A DNA stretch of 64,000 nucleotides from Centroscyllium fabricii (taxonomy: Eukaryota): positions 1,550,001 to 1,614,000 of the forward strand of contig JBNRSN020000071.1 in assembly GCA_051313645.2 (NCBI GenBank), given 5' to 3'. The notes beneath the pieces were generated by a model. The model was not told where the DNA came from, made no database searches, and saw nothing but the letters and a program-made list of their open reading frames with translations. Positions 26,330 through 40,147 of the stretch are shown here, one piece after another; the first letter of the stretch is position 1; each line of letters begins with the position of its first letter. The translations under genes were made by a program, and so were the position numbers.

Positions 26330-27480
26330 AAGGAAGAGGGGCTAAGGAATGGCAGGGGTGAAGGGAATTGGGTGTGGTTAAGGGAATGAGAGAGGCTATG
26401 AAAATGGGCAGGTTTAAGGGACCAGTAAGGGTTTAAGGGGTGGGGCAATGGGAATGAGAGGGGTTTAAGGGAATGGGAGGGGTTTAAGAAAGGGGCGGGG
26501 CCATGGGAAGAGATGGGGAAATGGGAGGAGTTAAGAAAGAGGTGAGACCATGGGAATGGGTTAAGGGGAGGGGCCATGAGAGGGGGTAGGGGGAATGGGA
26601 GGGGCTATGGGAATGGGAGGGGCCATGAGAGGGGGTAGGGGGAATGGGAGGGGCTATGAGAGGGGGTAGGGGGAATGGGAGGGGCCATGGGAATGGGAGG
26701 GGCCATGAGAGGGGGATGGGGGAATGGGAGGGACTATGAGGGGGGATGGGGAATGGGAGGGGCTATGGGAATGGGAGGGGCCATGAGAGGGGGTAGCGGG
26801 AGTGGGAGGGGCTGAGAGGGGGGATGGTGAATGGGAGGGCCATGAGAGGGGGCACAGGGAATGGGAGGGGCCATGAGAGGGGGTAGGGGGAATGGGAGGG
26901 GCCATGGGAATGGGAAGGGCCATGAGAGGGGGTAGGGGGAATGGGAGGGGCTATGAGGGGGGTAGGGGAATGGGAGGGGCTACGAGAGGGGGTAGAGGGA
27001 GTGGGAGGTGCCATGAGAGGGGGGATGGGGAATGGGAGGGGCCATGAGAGGGGGTAGGGGAATGGGAGGGGCCATGAGGGGGGATGGGGAATGGGAGGGG
27101 CCATGAGGGGGGTAGGGGAATGGGAATGGGAGGGGCCATGAGAGGGGGGATGGGGAATGGGAGGGGCCATCAGAGGGGGTAGGGGAATGGGAGGGGCCAT
27201 GGGAATGGGAGGGGCCATGAGAGGGGGATGAGAAATGGGCAGGGCCATGAGAGGGGATAGGGGAATGGGAATGGCCATGAGAGGGGGTAGGGGGGAGGGG
27301 CATGGGAGGGGCCATGAGAGAGGGGAGGGGGGAGGGGCCATGAGAGGGGGTATGGGAGGGGCCATGAGAGAGGGTAGGGGGGAGGGGCCATGAGAGGGGG
27401 TAGGGGGAATGGGAGGGGCCATGAGGGGGGATGGGGAATGGGCGGGGCCATGAGAGGGGGTAGGGGCCATGGGAATTGGT
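26330..27480 (+). repeat. G-rich minisatellite (GGGAATGGGAGGGGCCATGAGAGGGGGTAGG-like), G-quadruplex-prone on the + strand
   Basis: Read directly. Confidence 0.93.
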
Positions 27481-27778
27481 GGGTTTAATAAAGGGGCGGG
27501 TTTCGGAGAATAGGCGGGGTTAAGAGTGCTGGTGGGATTTAAATATTTAAATGGTTCTCAGAGTTACGTCAATTGCGCCCTTAAATAGTGGCAACTTGGC
27601 AAATCTTTTTGTTTCAAATCTGCAAACATTTTCAACAATGATACAAACTGGAAATGCATTGAAATAATCAAGACGGGGGCTGACAGAAATAAATAATTAA
27701 AAAATTAAACTACAGTTTTAAAAAAATGAGGCAGGCTTGCCCCAAAGCTATTCATGAAAATTTTTCAATAGCACTTAC

Positions 27779-27975
27779 CTTTATTTTATTAAAAATAATT
27801 CTTCGCGTGGTTTAATAGCGTGCAGCTGGCCCGAAGGCCCGAGCCACCCCGGGCTGGCCTGGCCTGAGCGCGGCGGCCAGGACGGCTCCCGCCGCCATTT
27901 TGATTTCCCTCCTCCCGCTCTCTGCTCACAAAATGGCGGCGGTGACGTAGTGTTTTTGCCGGCGCGCGGGCAGAG
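27779..27975 (-). promoter_or_regulatory. CpG-rich promoter and probable non-coding first exon of KLHL22
   Basis: Local CpG enrichment; YY1 motifs at 27891-27902 and 27929-27940; TGACGT at 27943; consensus donor AG|GTAAGT on the minus strand at 27778-27773. Confidence 0.65.
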
Positions 27976-27989
27976 AGAGCCTGGGGTCT

Positions 27990-29830
27990 GCGCACCCCCC
28001 AAAACCCCCAACTCTCTCCCTACAAATCCTCTCCCCAAAACCCGCACCCCCTACCCGCACAAACCCTCTCCCCACAAACCCTCATCCCCACACCACCCCA
28101 AACCCTCTCCCCACCCCCCACCCCGCCAAAACCCTTGCCCCCACATCCCCCAAATCCTCTCCCCACATCCCCCCAAACTCTCGGCCCCACACCCCCCAAA
28201 CTCTCGTCCCCACACCCCCCAAACCCTCTCCGCACACACCCCAAACCCTCTCTGCACACCCCCAAACTCTCTCCCCACACCCCCAAACTCTCGTCCCCAC
28301 CCCCAAACCATCTCCCCACACCCCCCCAAAACACTATCCCCACCCCCCATCAATACCCTCACCCCCAAACCCTCTCCCTGCCAAAACCATCCCCCCACCA
28401 CCCCCAAAACCCTCACCCCCACACCCCCAACCCTCTCCCCACCCCTTGCCCCCACACCCCCAAACCCTCTCCCCAACCCTGCCAAAACCTTCGCCCCCAC
28501 ACCCCCAAAACCCTCTCCCCCACACCCTCCCAAACCCTCTCCCCCACACACCCCAAAACCCTCTCCCCACCCCCCTGGCAAAACCCTCACCCCCAAACCC
28601 TCTCCCCGCCAAAACCATTGCCCCAACCCCCCAAAACCCTCGCCCCCCGACGACCCCCAAAACCCTCGCCCCAAACCCCCCCAAAACCCACACCCCCAGA
28701 ACCCTCGCCCCCACACACCCCAAACCCTCTCCCCAGCCCCGCCAAACCCCTTGCCCCCACAAACCCCCTCCCCACCCCCTGCCAAAACCCTCGCCCCCAC
28801 ACCCCCCAAAACCCTCACCCCCACACCCCCCAAAACCCTCGCACCCACACCCCCCAAACCCTCTCCCCAACCCTCGCCCCACCCCCCGCCAATACCCTCG
28901 CCCCCACACCCCCAAAAACCCTCGCCCCCACACACCCCAAAAACCCTCGCCCCCACACCCCCCAAAACCCTCGCACCCACACCTCCCAAAAACCCTCGCC
29001 TCCACACCCCCATAAAACTCTCGCCTCCACACCCCCATAAACCTCTCGCCTCCACACCCCCAAAAAACCCTCGCCCCCACACCCCCCAAAACCCTCGCAC
29101 CCACACCCCCCAAACCCTCTCCCCACCCCCCGCCAAATCCCACACCCCCAACCCTCGCCCCACCCCCCGCCAATACCCTCGCCCCCACACCCCCAAAAAC
29201 CCTCGCCCCCACACACCCCAAAAACCCTCGCCCCCACACCCCCCAAAACCCTCGCACCCACACCTCCCAAAAACCCTCGCCTCCACACCCCCATAAAACC
29301 CTCGCCTCCACACCCCCCAAAAAAAACCACACACCCCCAAAACCCGCACCCCCTACCCGCCCAAACCCGCACCCCCAAACCCTCTCCCCACCAAAGCCAT
29401 CGCCCCCTTTCCCCACCCCCTCCCAATCCCCTCTCCCCACCCCAGACACGTCCTTCACCCTCTCCCATCCACCCTCACCCACCCGCTCACCTCCACTCTC
29501 CTCGCACTCTTCCCGCCCGCTCCCCTCCTCACTCTCCCCTCCTCACTCTCCCCGCCCGCTCCCCTCCTCACTCTCCCCACCCGCTCCCCACTCTCCCTTC
29601 CTGCTCCCCTCACTCTCCCTGCCCGCTCCCCTCCTCACTCTCCCCGCCCGCTCCCCTCCTCACTCTCCCCGCCCGCTCCCCACTCTCCCTTCCTGCTCCC
29701 CTCACTCTCCCCGCCCGCTCCCCTCCACTCTCCTCGCACTCTCCCCGCCCGCTCCCCTCCACTCCCCAACACTCTCCCCGCCCGCTCCCCTCCTCACTCT
29801 CCCCGCCCGCTCCCCTCTGCATTTTCCCGC
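27990..29830 (+). repeat. C-rich low-complexity/minisatellite tract (G4-prone on the minus strand)
   Basis: Units such as CCCCAAAACCCTCGCCCCCACAC and CTCTCCCCGCCCGCTCCCCTCCTCA. The Pro/Gly ORFs are artefacts. Confidence 0.93.
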
Positions 29831-30409
29831 CTGCTCCCTCACCGTCTTCTCACTCCCGCTTTCTCACCCTCTTTTCTCACTCCCAGTTTTTCACCCCATT
29901 TTCTCACCATCTTTTCTATGTCCCCTATTTTCTCACTCCCCCTATTTTCTCACCCTCTTCTCACTCCTCCCATTTTCTCACCCTGTTTTCTCTTTCCCTG
30001 CCACTGTTTTCTCCCTCTACACCCTTGTTTCTCTCCCTCCTCGCTGGTTTGCAGAGTTCCATGTGCGAGGCAAGCGTGAATCACAAGGCGGCAATAGCTC
30101 CTTTGCTTCGATGCCACCTGGATGCCACACTGAGAACTCTGATGTGGAATTCACTTGCAGTATTCGTTTCTGCCTCAACCACTGCAAAATTTAAGCTTAT
30201 ACTGGATAGCTGGATGAGGTAAAGTTGTTGAAGGGAACAGACGAGTAAGTGGGATTCGGACTACTTCGCTCCATGGAGTGTAACCACAGAGCTGTACTGG
30301 TTGGGCTGAATGGTCTGTTTTGGTGTGACAGCAATGCTTCATTCCTAAAAATAGGGCTCAGGACCTTTACTAGAAATAGTTTGCGGTCAGCATCAGCTTT
30401 TTTTTAAAT

Positions 30410-30880
30410 TCATTCATGGGATGTGGGCATCAGTGGCAAGGCAATCATTTATTGTGCATCCCTGATTGCCCTTGAGAAGGTGGTGGTGAGCCGTCTTCTT
30501 GAACTGCTGCAGTCCATGAGGTGAAGGTGCTCCCATAGTGCTATTAGGGAGGGAGTTCTAGGATTTTGACCCAGCGACGATGGAGGAACGGCGATATATT
30601 TCCAAGTCAGGATGAGGTGTAACTTGGAGGGGAACTTAGAGGTGTGAGGGAGTGAATGTTTAAGGTGGCAGATGGGGTGCCAATCAAGTGGGCTGCTTTG
30701 TGTTGGATGGTGTCGAGCTTCTTGAGTGTTGTTGGAGCTGCACTCATGCAGGCAAGTGGAGAGTATTCCATCACACTCCTGACTTGTGCCCTGTAGATGA
30801 TGGAAAGGCTTTGGGGAGTCAGGAGGTGAGACACTCGCCGCAGAATAACCAGCCTCTGTCTGACCTGTTCTTGTAGCTTG
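30410..30880 (-). mobile_element. LINE ORF2 3' fragment with internal deletion
   Basis: LRRVSHLLTPQSLSIIYRAQVRSVMEYSPLACMSAAPTTLKKLDTIQ. Confidence 0.75.
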
Positions 30881-31496
30881 TGTTTATGAATCTCACCCCA
30901 CATATTTATACCATGTTGCGAGTTCTACAAAGAGAGCTTCTTCTAGAGGTCTTTTCGTCCACACAATGTTGGAGGGTTTTGCACTGAATACATTGATCTG
31001 GGGAAAGAAAATCATTGTGTGAAGGGATGACCAAGGTCCCTTTGAATCAGCACACATGCTACACCCTGAAAGGAAGCAGATTCAATAATAACTTCCAAAA
31101 GGGAATCAGATACATACTTGAAAAGGGAAAGTTTGCAAGTCTATGGGGAAAGAGCGGGGGAGTGGGGCTAATTGGAGAGCTCGCTCAAAGATCCGGCACA
31201 GGCACGATGGGCCTAAATGATGAGACACCAGGAACGATGAAGGAGCAAAGGGATTTAGGGGTCCATGTATAGAAATCACTAAAAGCTCGTGGACAGGCAC
31301 AAAAAATAATTAAAAAGGCTAATGAAATGTTGGCATTTATCTCGAGAGGGCTGGAAAACAAAGGGGTGGAAATTGCGTTAGTTATATAAAGCTTTGATTA
31401 GACTCCATTTAGAGCACTGTGTTCAGTTCTGGGCACCACACCTCAGGAAGGATACCTTGGAAGGGGGTGCAGTTGAAGGATTATGGACCTTTAGAT

Positions 31497-31768
31497 TGAT
31501 GCACAGTCAATTACGCCAGTCGATGATTAGATGTAATCGAGGTTTTTATTCACATAGAACAGGACACAGGTCCGACGATCTTCCAAGCCAAAGTGAGAGC
31601 ACTCCGGTGTGCTCTCCCTTTTATACCCAGCGGGCGGAGCCTGGGGAGGAAGCCGAGGAGCGGAGTCCTCCCAGGTGAGTCCTCCCTGGCAGGGAGACGT
31701 TACGTGCAGTTACAGGGAGGGGACACAAGGGGGAGACATATATATACAACATACAGTGGTTTACCACA
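31497..31768 (-). mobile_element. Solo LTR related to element C
   Basis: TG...CA ends on the minus strand, perfect 5-bp TSD tagat, similar to LTR 41725-42025. Confidence 0.88.
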
Positions 31769-32059
31769 TAGATACCAAAAGAAATTAAAAAGAAACCCTG
31801 GATTTCTCAAAAAACAGGATTTGATTGGAAGTATTAACAACAAAGGATCGGACACAGAATTGTTAACCTAACTGCTCAGAACGCTAAATGAGACGATGTA
31901 CTTTTGCGGAGATAAGGTCGAGATTGAAGAAGACAGCTGCCCCGCTAAACCTTGAGAAACTGTGCAAACATTAGAAATCTGCTTTTGCACCAGAGAGGGG
32001 GAGGATAGAAAATGACTGGGAAGATTGGTTTGTCGGCAGCCAGGGTGTAAAGAAAGGCT

Positions 32060-32422
32060 CTTTAATAGAGATGTTCAAGATGATGAAGGGGATCGATAGA
32101 GTAAACGTGCAGAGACTGTTTCCCCGGGTGGGAAGAACGACAACAAGAGGGCACGAGCACGAGCACAAGATTCAAGGAGGAAGATTCAGAAGGGATGGCA
32201 GGGGCAAGTTCTTTACACAGAGAGTGGTCGGGGAGTGGAATAGGCTACCATCTGAAATAGTGGATATGGACAGTCTGGGAGCTTTTAAAAGGATGATAGA
32301 TAGGTACATGGAGGGGAAGGAAGAGTAGGGGGGACAGGAAAAATCGGAGACGGACTAAGCGCGGCACTACATTGAGGGCCCAAGGGCCTGTACAGTGCTG
32401 TATGTTCTATGTTCTATGTTCT
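32060..32422 (+). mobile_element. CR1 LINE 3' end (different subfamily)
   Basis: TTTRGHE..GKFFTQRVVGEWNRLP, ending in (GTTCTAT)n. Confidence 0.85.
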
Positions 32423-35400
32423 AACCCTCCAAAGGAAGAAAAGGGTCAGTCGGCGGGGAAGAGCCCACCGTCCAAGAATAAACTTAAAATTCGAGCCAGG
32501 TTGTTCAGGGGTGATGTTAGAAGCACTTCTTCACACAAAGGTTAGTGGAAATCTGGAACTCTCTGCCCCCTAAAAGCTGTCGAAGCTGAGGGTCAGTTGA
32601 AAATTTCAAAACTGAGATTGATTTTCATTAGGCAAAGGTGTTAAGGATTACGGAACCAAGATGGGGTAGATGGAGTTAAGACACAGATCAGCTATGATCT
32701 AAGTGGATGACAGAATAGGCTCAAGGGGCTGAATGGCCTTCTCCTGTTTCCATGAATGGCCTCCTTCTGTGCTGTATGATTCTATGAGGCAAGCACTAAA
32801 GCCGCACTATGTTTTATCCAGCACTAAATTTACATCATTCTGTTTGAAAAGTTGGACAGAAAAGCTTTTGATTATTGCATCTGTACCTCAACTCCATTTA
32901 CCCGCCTTCGCTCCATATTATTAGATACCCTTACCCAACAAAAACCTATCGATCTCAGTCTTCAAAGCTCCAATTGTCCCTCAGCACCCACCGCCTTTCG
33001 GGGGGAGATAGCTCCAGATTGCCGCTCCCCTTTGTGTGACAAAGAGCTTCCTGATTTCACCCCTGAAGGGCCTAGTGCTAAGTGGATGAGGCAATCCCAG
33101 AGGGGTAAGGGAGCCAGGAGGAGTGTGGTAAATGTGTATTTACCATCTGTATATAATGCCCACACCAGTAATGACCTGACGGCATTACTGGCACGGTGGC
33201 ACAGTGGTTAGCACAGTTGCCTTACAGCACTAGAGACCCGGGTTCAAATCCGGCCTCGGGTACTATCTGTGTGGAGTTTGCACATTCTCCCCGTGTCTGC
33301 GTAGGTTTCCTCCGGGTGCTCGGGTTTCCTCCCACAGTCCAAAGATGTGCGGGTTAGGTTGATTGGCCAGGATAAATTGACCCTTAGTGTTAGGGTGATT
33401 GAATATGTGGGGTTATGGGGATAGGGTGGGATATGTGTCGGTGCATGCTCGATTGGGATCGAGGGATATGGGGACAAGGCAAGGACAGGGTGTTACCGAA
33501 TTAACGACCTCGGAGACGAGTTATTAAGAGGTGAAAACTATAGGCTTTTATTAGCTAAAGGTGGACATGCACCAGCTAGTCGACCGTCCCCAGGAATGGC
33601 TGGGGGAAGGGAGACGGCCGCTTATATACCTGGTCCTGGGAGGGAGGAGTCGCAGGCGGGGCCAGCATGTGCATGTCCAGGTAACTACACACAGATAACT
33701 ATTATACAACATAGTGAAAAGGTGATTACAGCAATATATACATATATATACAAAGAGTGGTTTACCACATTCACCCCTTCTTTAAAACGAAAGTCCGGCG
33801 GGGTGAATGCGACAGTTTAATTTATAAGTTCAGTCTTTCAGGCGGCCTGGTAAGCCTGGTTGACCGGCGCACCACTGGTGGTGGTGTCGGCGGACGTAAG
33901 ATAGCCGGTTGAGTTGGTCGTGGCGAGATCGGCGGGCGCACCTCTGGTGGTGTCGGCGGGCGTAAGATAGCCGGTTAAGTTGGTCGTAGCGAGATCGGCG
34001 GTGGCGGTCGGTTCCTCGTCGGTGCCCTTGCGGTGACGGTTGGCGGCGCGCTCTCCCCCTCGTCGTCTGACTCTTGGGGGCGTGCACTATGGAGCCATGC
34101 CGGGGACCATGCCGTGCTGCCTACAGGTGCCGGGTGGACGTACTGAGGTGCTGGAGTCTCGTACTGGGCAGCGTACCTTGGTGCCGGTGGCCCGGGGCGG
34201 GGGGGGGGGGGTGGTGGCTGGCAGACGCGGGTGCGCGGGCTGTTGGGCGGGGCTGGTTTTGGGGGCACCCGCTGGTGCCAGGTCCTTGATGGACACTGTG
34301 TCCTCCCTCCCATCGGGGTACGCCAAGTAGGCGTACTGGGGATTGGCGTGCAGGAGGTGGACCCGTCCGACCAGGGGGTCTGACTTGTGGCCCCTCACGT
34401 GCTTCCTGAGTAGGACTGGTCCCAGGGATGATAGCCATGACGGCAGCGAGGTCCCGGAAGCCGACTTCCTAGGGAAGGCAAAAAGTCGCTCGTGAGGGGT
34501 GGTGTTAGTGGCCGTACAAAGGAGTGACCGGATGGAGTGGAGCGCTTCGGGGAGGACGTCCTGCCAGCGGGAGACCTGGAGGCCTTTAGACCGTAGGGCT
34601 AACAGGATGGCCTTCCAGACCGTGGCGTTCTCCCTCTCTACCTGTCCGTTCCCCCGGGGGTTGTAGCTGGTAGTCCTGCTAGTAGCGATGCCTTTGCCTA
34701 GTAGGAACTGACGCAGCTCGTCACTCATGAAAGAGGCCCCCCGGTCGCTATGGATGTAGCTGGGGTAGCCGAACAGGGAGAAAATGCTGTGGAGGGCCTT
34801 GATGACTGTGGCAGAGGTCATGTCCGGGCAGGGGATGGCGAAGGGGAAACGCGAGTACTCGTCGATGACGTTAAGAAAGTACACGTTTCTGTTGGACGAG
34901 GGAAGGGGCCCTTTAAAATCAACGCTGAGTCGTTCAAAGGGGTGGGTGGCCATGATCAGGTGCGCCCGGTCTGGCCGAAAGAAGTGCGGCTTGCACTCCG
35001 CACAGACCTGGCAGTTCCTGGTCATGGTCTTGACCTCCTCGATGGAGTAGGGGAGGTTGCGGGACTTAACAAAGTGACCAACCTGGTGACCCCCGGGTGG
35101 CAGAGGTCGTTGTGCAGGGTTTGGAGACGGTCCACTTGTGCGCTGGCACATGTACCGCGTGATAGGGCGTCTGGGGGTTCGTTGAATTTCCCGGGCCGGT
35201 ACAAGATATAATAATTGAAAGCGGAGAGCTCAATTCTCCACCTCAGTATCTTGTCGTTCTTGATTTTACCCCGCTCTTTGTTGTTGAACATAAAAGCGAC
35301 TGAGCGTTGGTCCGTCAGCAGGGTAAATCGTTTGCCGGCCAGGTAGTGCTTCCAGTGACGCACTGCTTCAACAATGGCCTGGGCCTCCTTCTCAACGGAA

Positions 35401-35934
35401 GAGTGACGGGTCTCGGGGCCCTGGAGGGTACGTGAGAAGAAGGCCACGGGTCTGCCCGCCTGGTTAAGGGTGGCGGCCAGGGCAAAGTCCGATGCATCGC
35501 TCTCGACCTGGAATGGGACGGACTCGTCCACAGCGTGCATCGTTGCCTTCGCGATGTCGTCCTTAATGCCGCAGAACGCCGCGCGGGCATCTGCTGACCG
35601 GGGGAATGAGGTTGATTTAAGTAGTGGGCGAGCTTTGTCCGCATAGTTGGGGACCCACTGGGCATAACAGGCGAAGAACCCCAGGCACCTTTTGAGGGCC
35701 TTGAGGGAGTGGGGGAGGGGGAGCTCCATGAGTGAGCGCATGCGGTCCGGGTCGGGACCGATGACCCCATTCTCCACAACACTGCCGAGGATGGCGAGGC
35801 GGGTGGTCCTGAACACACATTTTTCTGTGTTATAGGTCAGGTTGATTGTTTTGGCGGTGTGGAGAAATTTCTGGAGGTTGACGTCATGGTCCTGCTGGTC
35901 GTGGCCGCAGATGGTCACGTTATCGAGATACGGG

Positions 35935-36221
35935 TGTGGTAACCATATATGTATAAATTACCACCGTAATATTGGTGCCAATATTACTAGTGTGCATAGC
36001 GGTCGGGTGCATGAGATGTTGCGACACTGTCGTGGGGCCAGGTCAGCCACACCTCTAACTCCTCCCCCAGGTGAGGCCCTTTATAGGTGAGGACTGACCG
36101 GACCCCGTCCATTCTGTACCTGTTGTTCGTTCAGAGTATAGCTCTTATGTAAGTCAATAAAAGCCTGTAGTTAAGGTCACTACTCGTCTTTGGCTTTATT
36201 GAGTTAATTGACGATACGTCA
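35935..36221 (+). mobile_element. Solo LTR E1 inserted in the RT of element D
   Basis: TGTGGTAACC...GATACGTCA, TSD acggg/acgga. It splits the FPYLDN motif and resembles LTR 39502-39802. Confidence 0.9.
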
Positions 36222-37365
36222 ACGGAAAAGTGGCCCGCAGCCCGTACTGATCGACCATTCGGTCCATCTCCCTTTGGAAGACCGAGAACCCATTCGTGAT
36301 GCCAAACGGAACCCTGAGGAAGTGATAGAGGCGACCGTCAGCCTCGAAGGCGGTATAGAGACGGTCCTCTGGGCGGATGGGGAGCTGGTGATACGCGGAC
36401 TTCCGATCTATAGTTGAGAAGACCCGAAACTGCGCGATCTGATTTACCATGTCCGCTATCCGGGGGAGGGGGTACGTGTCTAACTGTGTGAACCGGTTAA
36501 TGGTCTGGCTATAGTCCACTACCATCCGGTTCTTAGCTCCGGTCTTCACCACCACTACCTGCGCCCTCCAAGGGCTGTTACTGGCCTCGATGACCCCCTC
36601 CCTAAGAAGGCGCTTCACCTTGGACTTGATGAAGTCCATGTCCCCGGTACTGTAGCGCCTACTTTTGGTGGCGACGGGCTTGCAGTCCGGGGTGAGGTTA
36701 GCAAAGAGCGAGGGAGGGGTGACCTTAAGGGTCGAGAGGCCACAGGTAGCGCGCCGAGGGTGCTGCGAGGAGCGCTGGTTGCAGACCGTGAGCGGGGGAA
36801 GGGGCCCACCGTACGCCATGGTAACGCTCTGGTGGTGGCACTGGAAGTCCAGGTCCAGTAACAAAGGAGCGCAGAGCTGCGGCAGCACGAATAATTTAAA
36901 AGTGCTAAAGTGCACGCCCCGTACCGTTAGAGTCACCGCGCAACGTCCGGAGACGTCCGCGGATTCCGACTTTGATGCCATAGAGATCTTTTGGCTCGCC
37001 GGCATAACCTTAAGGGAGAGGCGCATTACCGTTTCTGGGAGGACGAAACTCGCCGTACTCCCGCTGTCGAAGAGGCACTCGATGTCCCGCCCGTTCACTT
37101 CCACCGTCATCATCGACCTGCTGAGTGGTTGTGCCTTGTTCTGATCCAAGGTGATGGATGCTAGTGTCGGGTCGGTCGACTCGTCTTGATCCGTAGAGAA
37201 GTCGTCTGGGGCCTGGCCCCAAGCTGGCTGCCGCCATGTGGTGTACTGCGGAGGGAGTGGCTGAGACCAAGATGACGTCTGCTGCCACGCGGTGGGCCGT
37301 GTTGAGGATGGCTGTGTCCAAGATGGCTGCCCCCACGGCCCACACGCGGCACTGCCCGGTTTCGA

Positions 37366-39802
37366 TTGCAAAGGGAGATGGACCGCATGGTTGACCAGAA
37401 CAGGTTGCAGGCCACCTTCCCCTACCTGGACAACGTGACCATCTCCAGCCATGACCAGCAGGACCACGATGCCAATCTGGCCAAATTCCTCCACACGGCA
37501 AAACGGCTAGATCTCACATACAACAAAGACAAGTGTGTCTTTAGTACAGATCGGCTCGCCATCCTCGGATACGTGGTGGAAAACGGGGTCCTCGGCCCCG
37601 ACCCACAGCGTATGCGCCCCTTACAGGAACTGCCCCTTCCTCACAACCCCAAAGCCCTGAAGAGATGTCTGGGATTTTTCTCCTATTACGCGCAATGGGT
37701 TCCCCAGTTCGCGGATAAGGCCAGACCGCTCCTTAAGGCCGCCGTCTTCCCCCTCTCGGTAGAAGCCCACACGGCATTCGCCCGGATCAAGGAAGATATT
37801 ATCAAGGCGACCATGCACGCCGTTGATGAATCCATCCCTTTCCAGGTGGAGAGTGATGCTTCGGATTTTGCCCTTGCCGGCACCCTGAATCAGGCAGGCA
37901 GGCCCGTAGCGTTTTTCTCCCGCACCTTACAGGGACCAGAAATTCGCCACTCTGCAGTGGAAAAGGAGGCCCAGGCCATCGTGGAGGCCGTGCGCTACTG
38001 GCGTCATTACCTGGCCGGTAAGCGTTTTACCCTGCTCACCGACCAACGGTCGGTCGCGTTTATGTTTAATAATAAACAAAAGGGTAAAATCAAGAATGAT
38101 AAGATCCTGCAGTGGTGGATCGAGCTCTCGACTTACGAGTACGACATTCTTTACCGACCAGGCAAACTCAATGACCCCCCGGACGCACTGTCCAGGGGAA
38201 CGTGCGCCAGTGCCCAGCTAGACCGGCTGAAGGAACTCCACGATCGCCTCTGCCACCGGGTGTCACCAGACTTGCCCACTTCGTAAAATCCCGTAGCCTC
38301 CCCTACTCCATCACGGAGATCAAGGCTATGACCCGAGAGTGCCCTGTTTGCGCCGAGTGCAAACGCCAATTTTTCAGGCCAGACACGGCGCATCTCATTA
38401 AGGCCACCCGCCCCTTTGAACGTCTAAGCGTGGACTTCAAAGGCCCCCTCCCCACCACCGACCGCAACTCGTACTTCCTCACGGTCGTAGACGAGTTCTT
38501 CCCCTTCGCCTTCCCCTGCCCAGATATGACGAGCGCAACGGTGATCAAACACTTCACCACACTGTTCGATATTTTCGGTCTCCCCAGCTACATCCATCGT
38601 GACCGGGGGGCGTCGTTCATGAGCGATGAACTGCGTCAGTTTCTGCTCCAGAAAGGGGTTGCCTTGAGCAGAACGACCAGTTACAACCCCCGGAGGAACG
38701 GCCAGGTAGAAAGGGAGAACGGGATCATCTGGAAGGCGGTCACCCTGGCCCTGAAGTCCAGAGGCCTTCCAGTGTCCCGTTGGCAGGCAGTCCTCCCTGA
38801 TGCGCTGCACTCGATACGCTCTCTGTTGTGTACGGCCACCAACGCCACACCTCACGATTTAATCTTTTCATTCCCCAGGAAGTCGACTTCGGGGACAGCC
38901 CTTCCACCGTGGCTCACGATGCCAGGGCCGGTCTTGCTTAGGAAGCACGTCCGCGGCCATAAGACCGACCCCCTGGTAGACAAGGTGCAGCTGCTGCACG
39001 CCAACCCGCAGTACGCGTACGTACATTTCCCGGACGGGCGCGAGGACACCGTCTCCATCAAGGACCTAGCGCCCGCCGGGAGCACCACAGCAGAGCCCCT
39101 GGTCGGGCAACAGCCCGCCCAGCCACTATATTTCGGCCACCTCCAGCCACTACATATCGACCACTGGCCGATACACGACCCACAACCCACCGGAGGCTGG
39201 CCGCCACTACCGTATAGTTCGGAGCCCCCGCCATTGCCAGCTGAGGACCAAGACTCGGATGACCAGCTGCAGGCACAGCAGCAACCGCAGGGCTCGGACC
39301 CACCACCACCACCAGCACCTACAGTACCGGCACCAGCGCTGCCGCCACCACCACCGGCTCCAGCGCCGCCGATGCTGCAGGAACCAGAACATTTGACAGA
39401 GACCCGGCGGTCCTCCAGACAGACGCGACCGCCGGATAAGCTAATCATGAACTGCTCTGTCCATTCACCCCGCCGGACTTGATTTTCAAAGAAGGGGTGA
39501 ATGTGGTAACCGTTATATGTACTATTATTACCACCCTAATATTGTTACCAATATTACATGTATGTATAGCGGTCGGGTGCATGATGCAACTGTCCTGTAT
39601 TGCGACACTGTCGTGGGGTCAGGTCAGCCACACCTCTAACTCCTCCCCTCAGGTGAGTGCCTTATAGGTGGGGACTGACCGGCCCCCATTCATTCTGTAC
39701 CTGATGTTCGATCGGAGCGTAGCTCCGTTGTAAGCTAATAAAAGCCTATAGTTAAGGTAACTACTCGTCTTTGGTTTTATTAAGACTATTGACGATACGT
39801 CA
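37366..39802 (+). mobile_element. 5'-deleted Gypsy element E2 (RT C-terminal half, RNase H, IN, PPT, 3' LTR 39502-39802) inside the gag of D
   Basis: ORFs 37366-38286 and 38202-39482 (one frameshift); PPT GAAGGGGTGAA; LTR abuts the N-terminal gag codons of D. Confidence 0.9.
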
Positions 39803-40147
39803 TGATGCGCCTGGTGTCTGGGGGTCCAGCTCGAACGTTGCTGGCTTGAGCATCGATTCCATCGTCAAATTTAGCTAATAAAATTGTTACCGAATTAACG
39901 ACCTCGTAGACGAGTTATTAAGAGGTGAAAACTATAGGCTTTTATTAGCTAAAGGTGGACATGCACCAGCTAGTCGACCGTCCCCAGGAATGGCTGGGGG
40001 AAGGGAGACGGCCGCTTATATACCTGGTCCTGGGAGGGAGGAGTCGCAGGCGGGGCCAGCATGTGCATGTCCAGGTAACTACACACAGATAACTATTATA
40101 CAACATAGTGAAAGGTGATTACAGCAATATATACATATATATACAAA

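Noticed and set aside
26654-29482. Pro-rich (extensin-like) and Gly-rich ORFs
   Set aside because: Translations of low-complexity G- and C-rich satellites, open in several frames.
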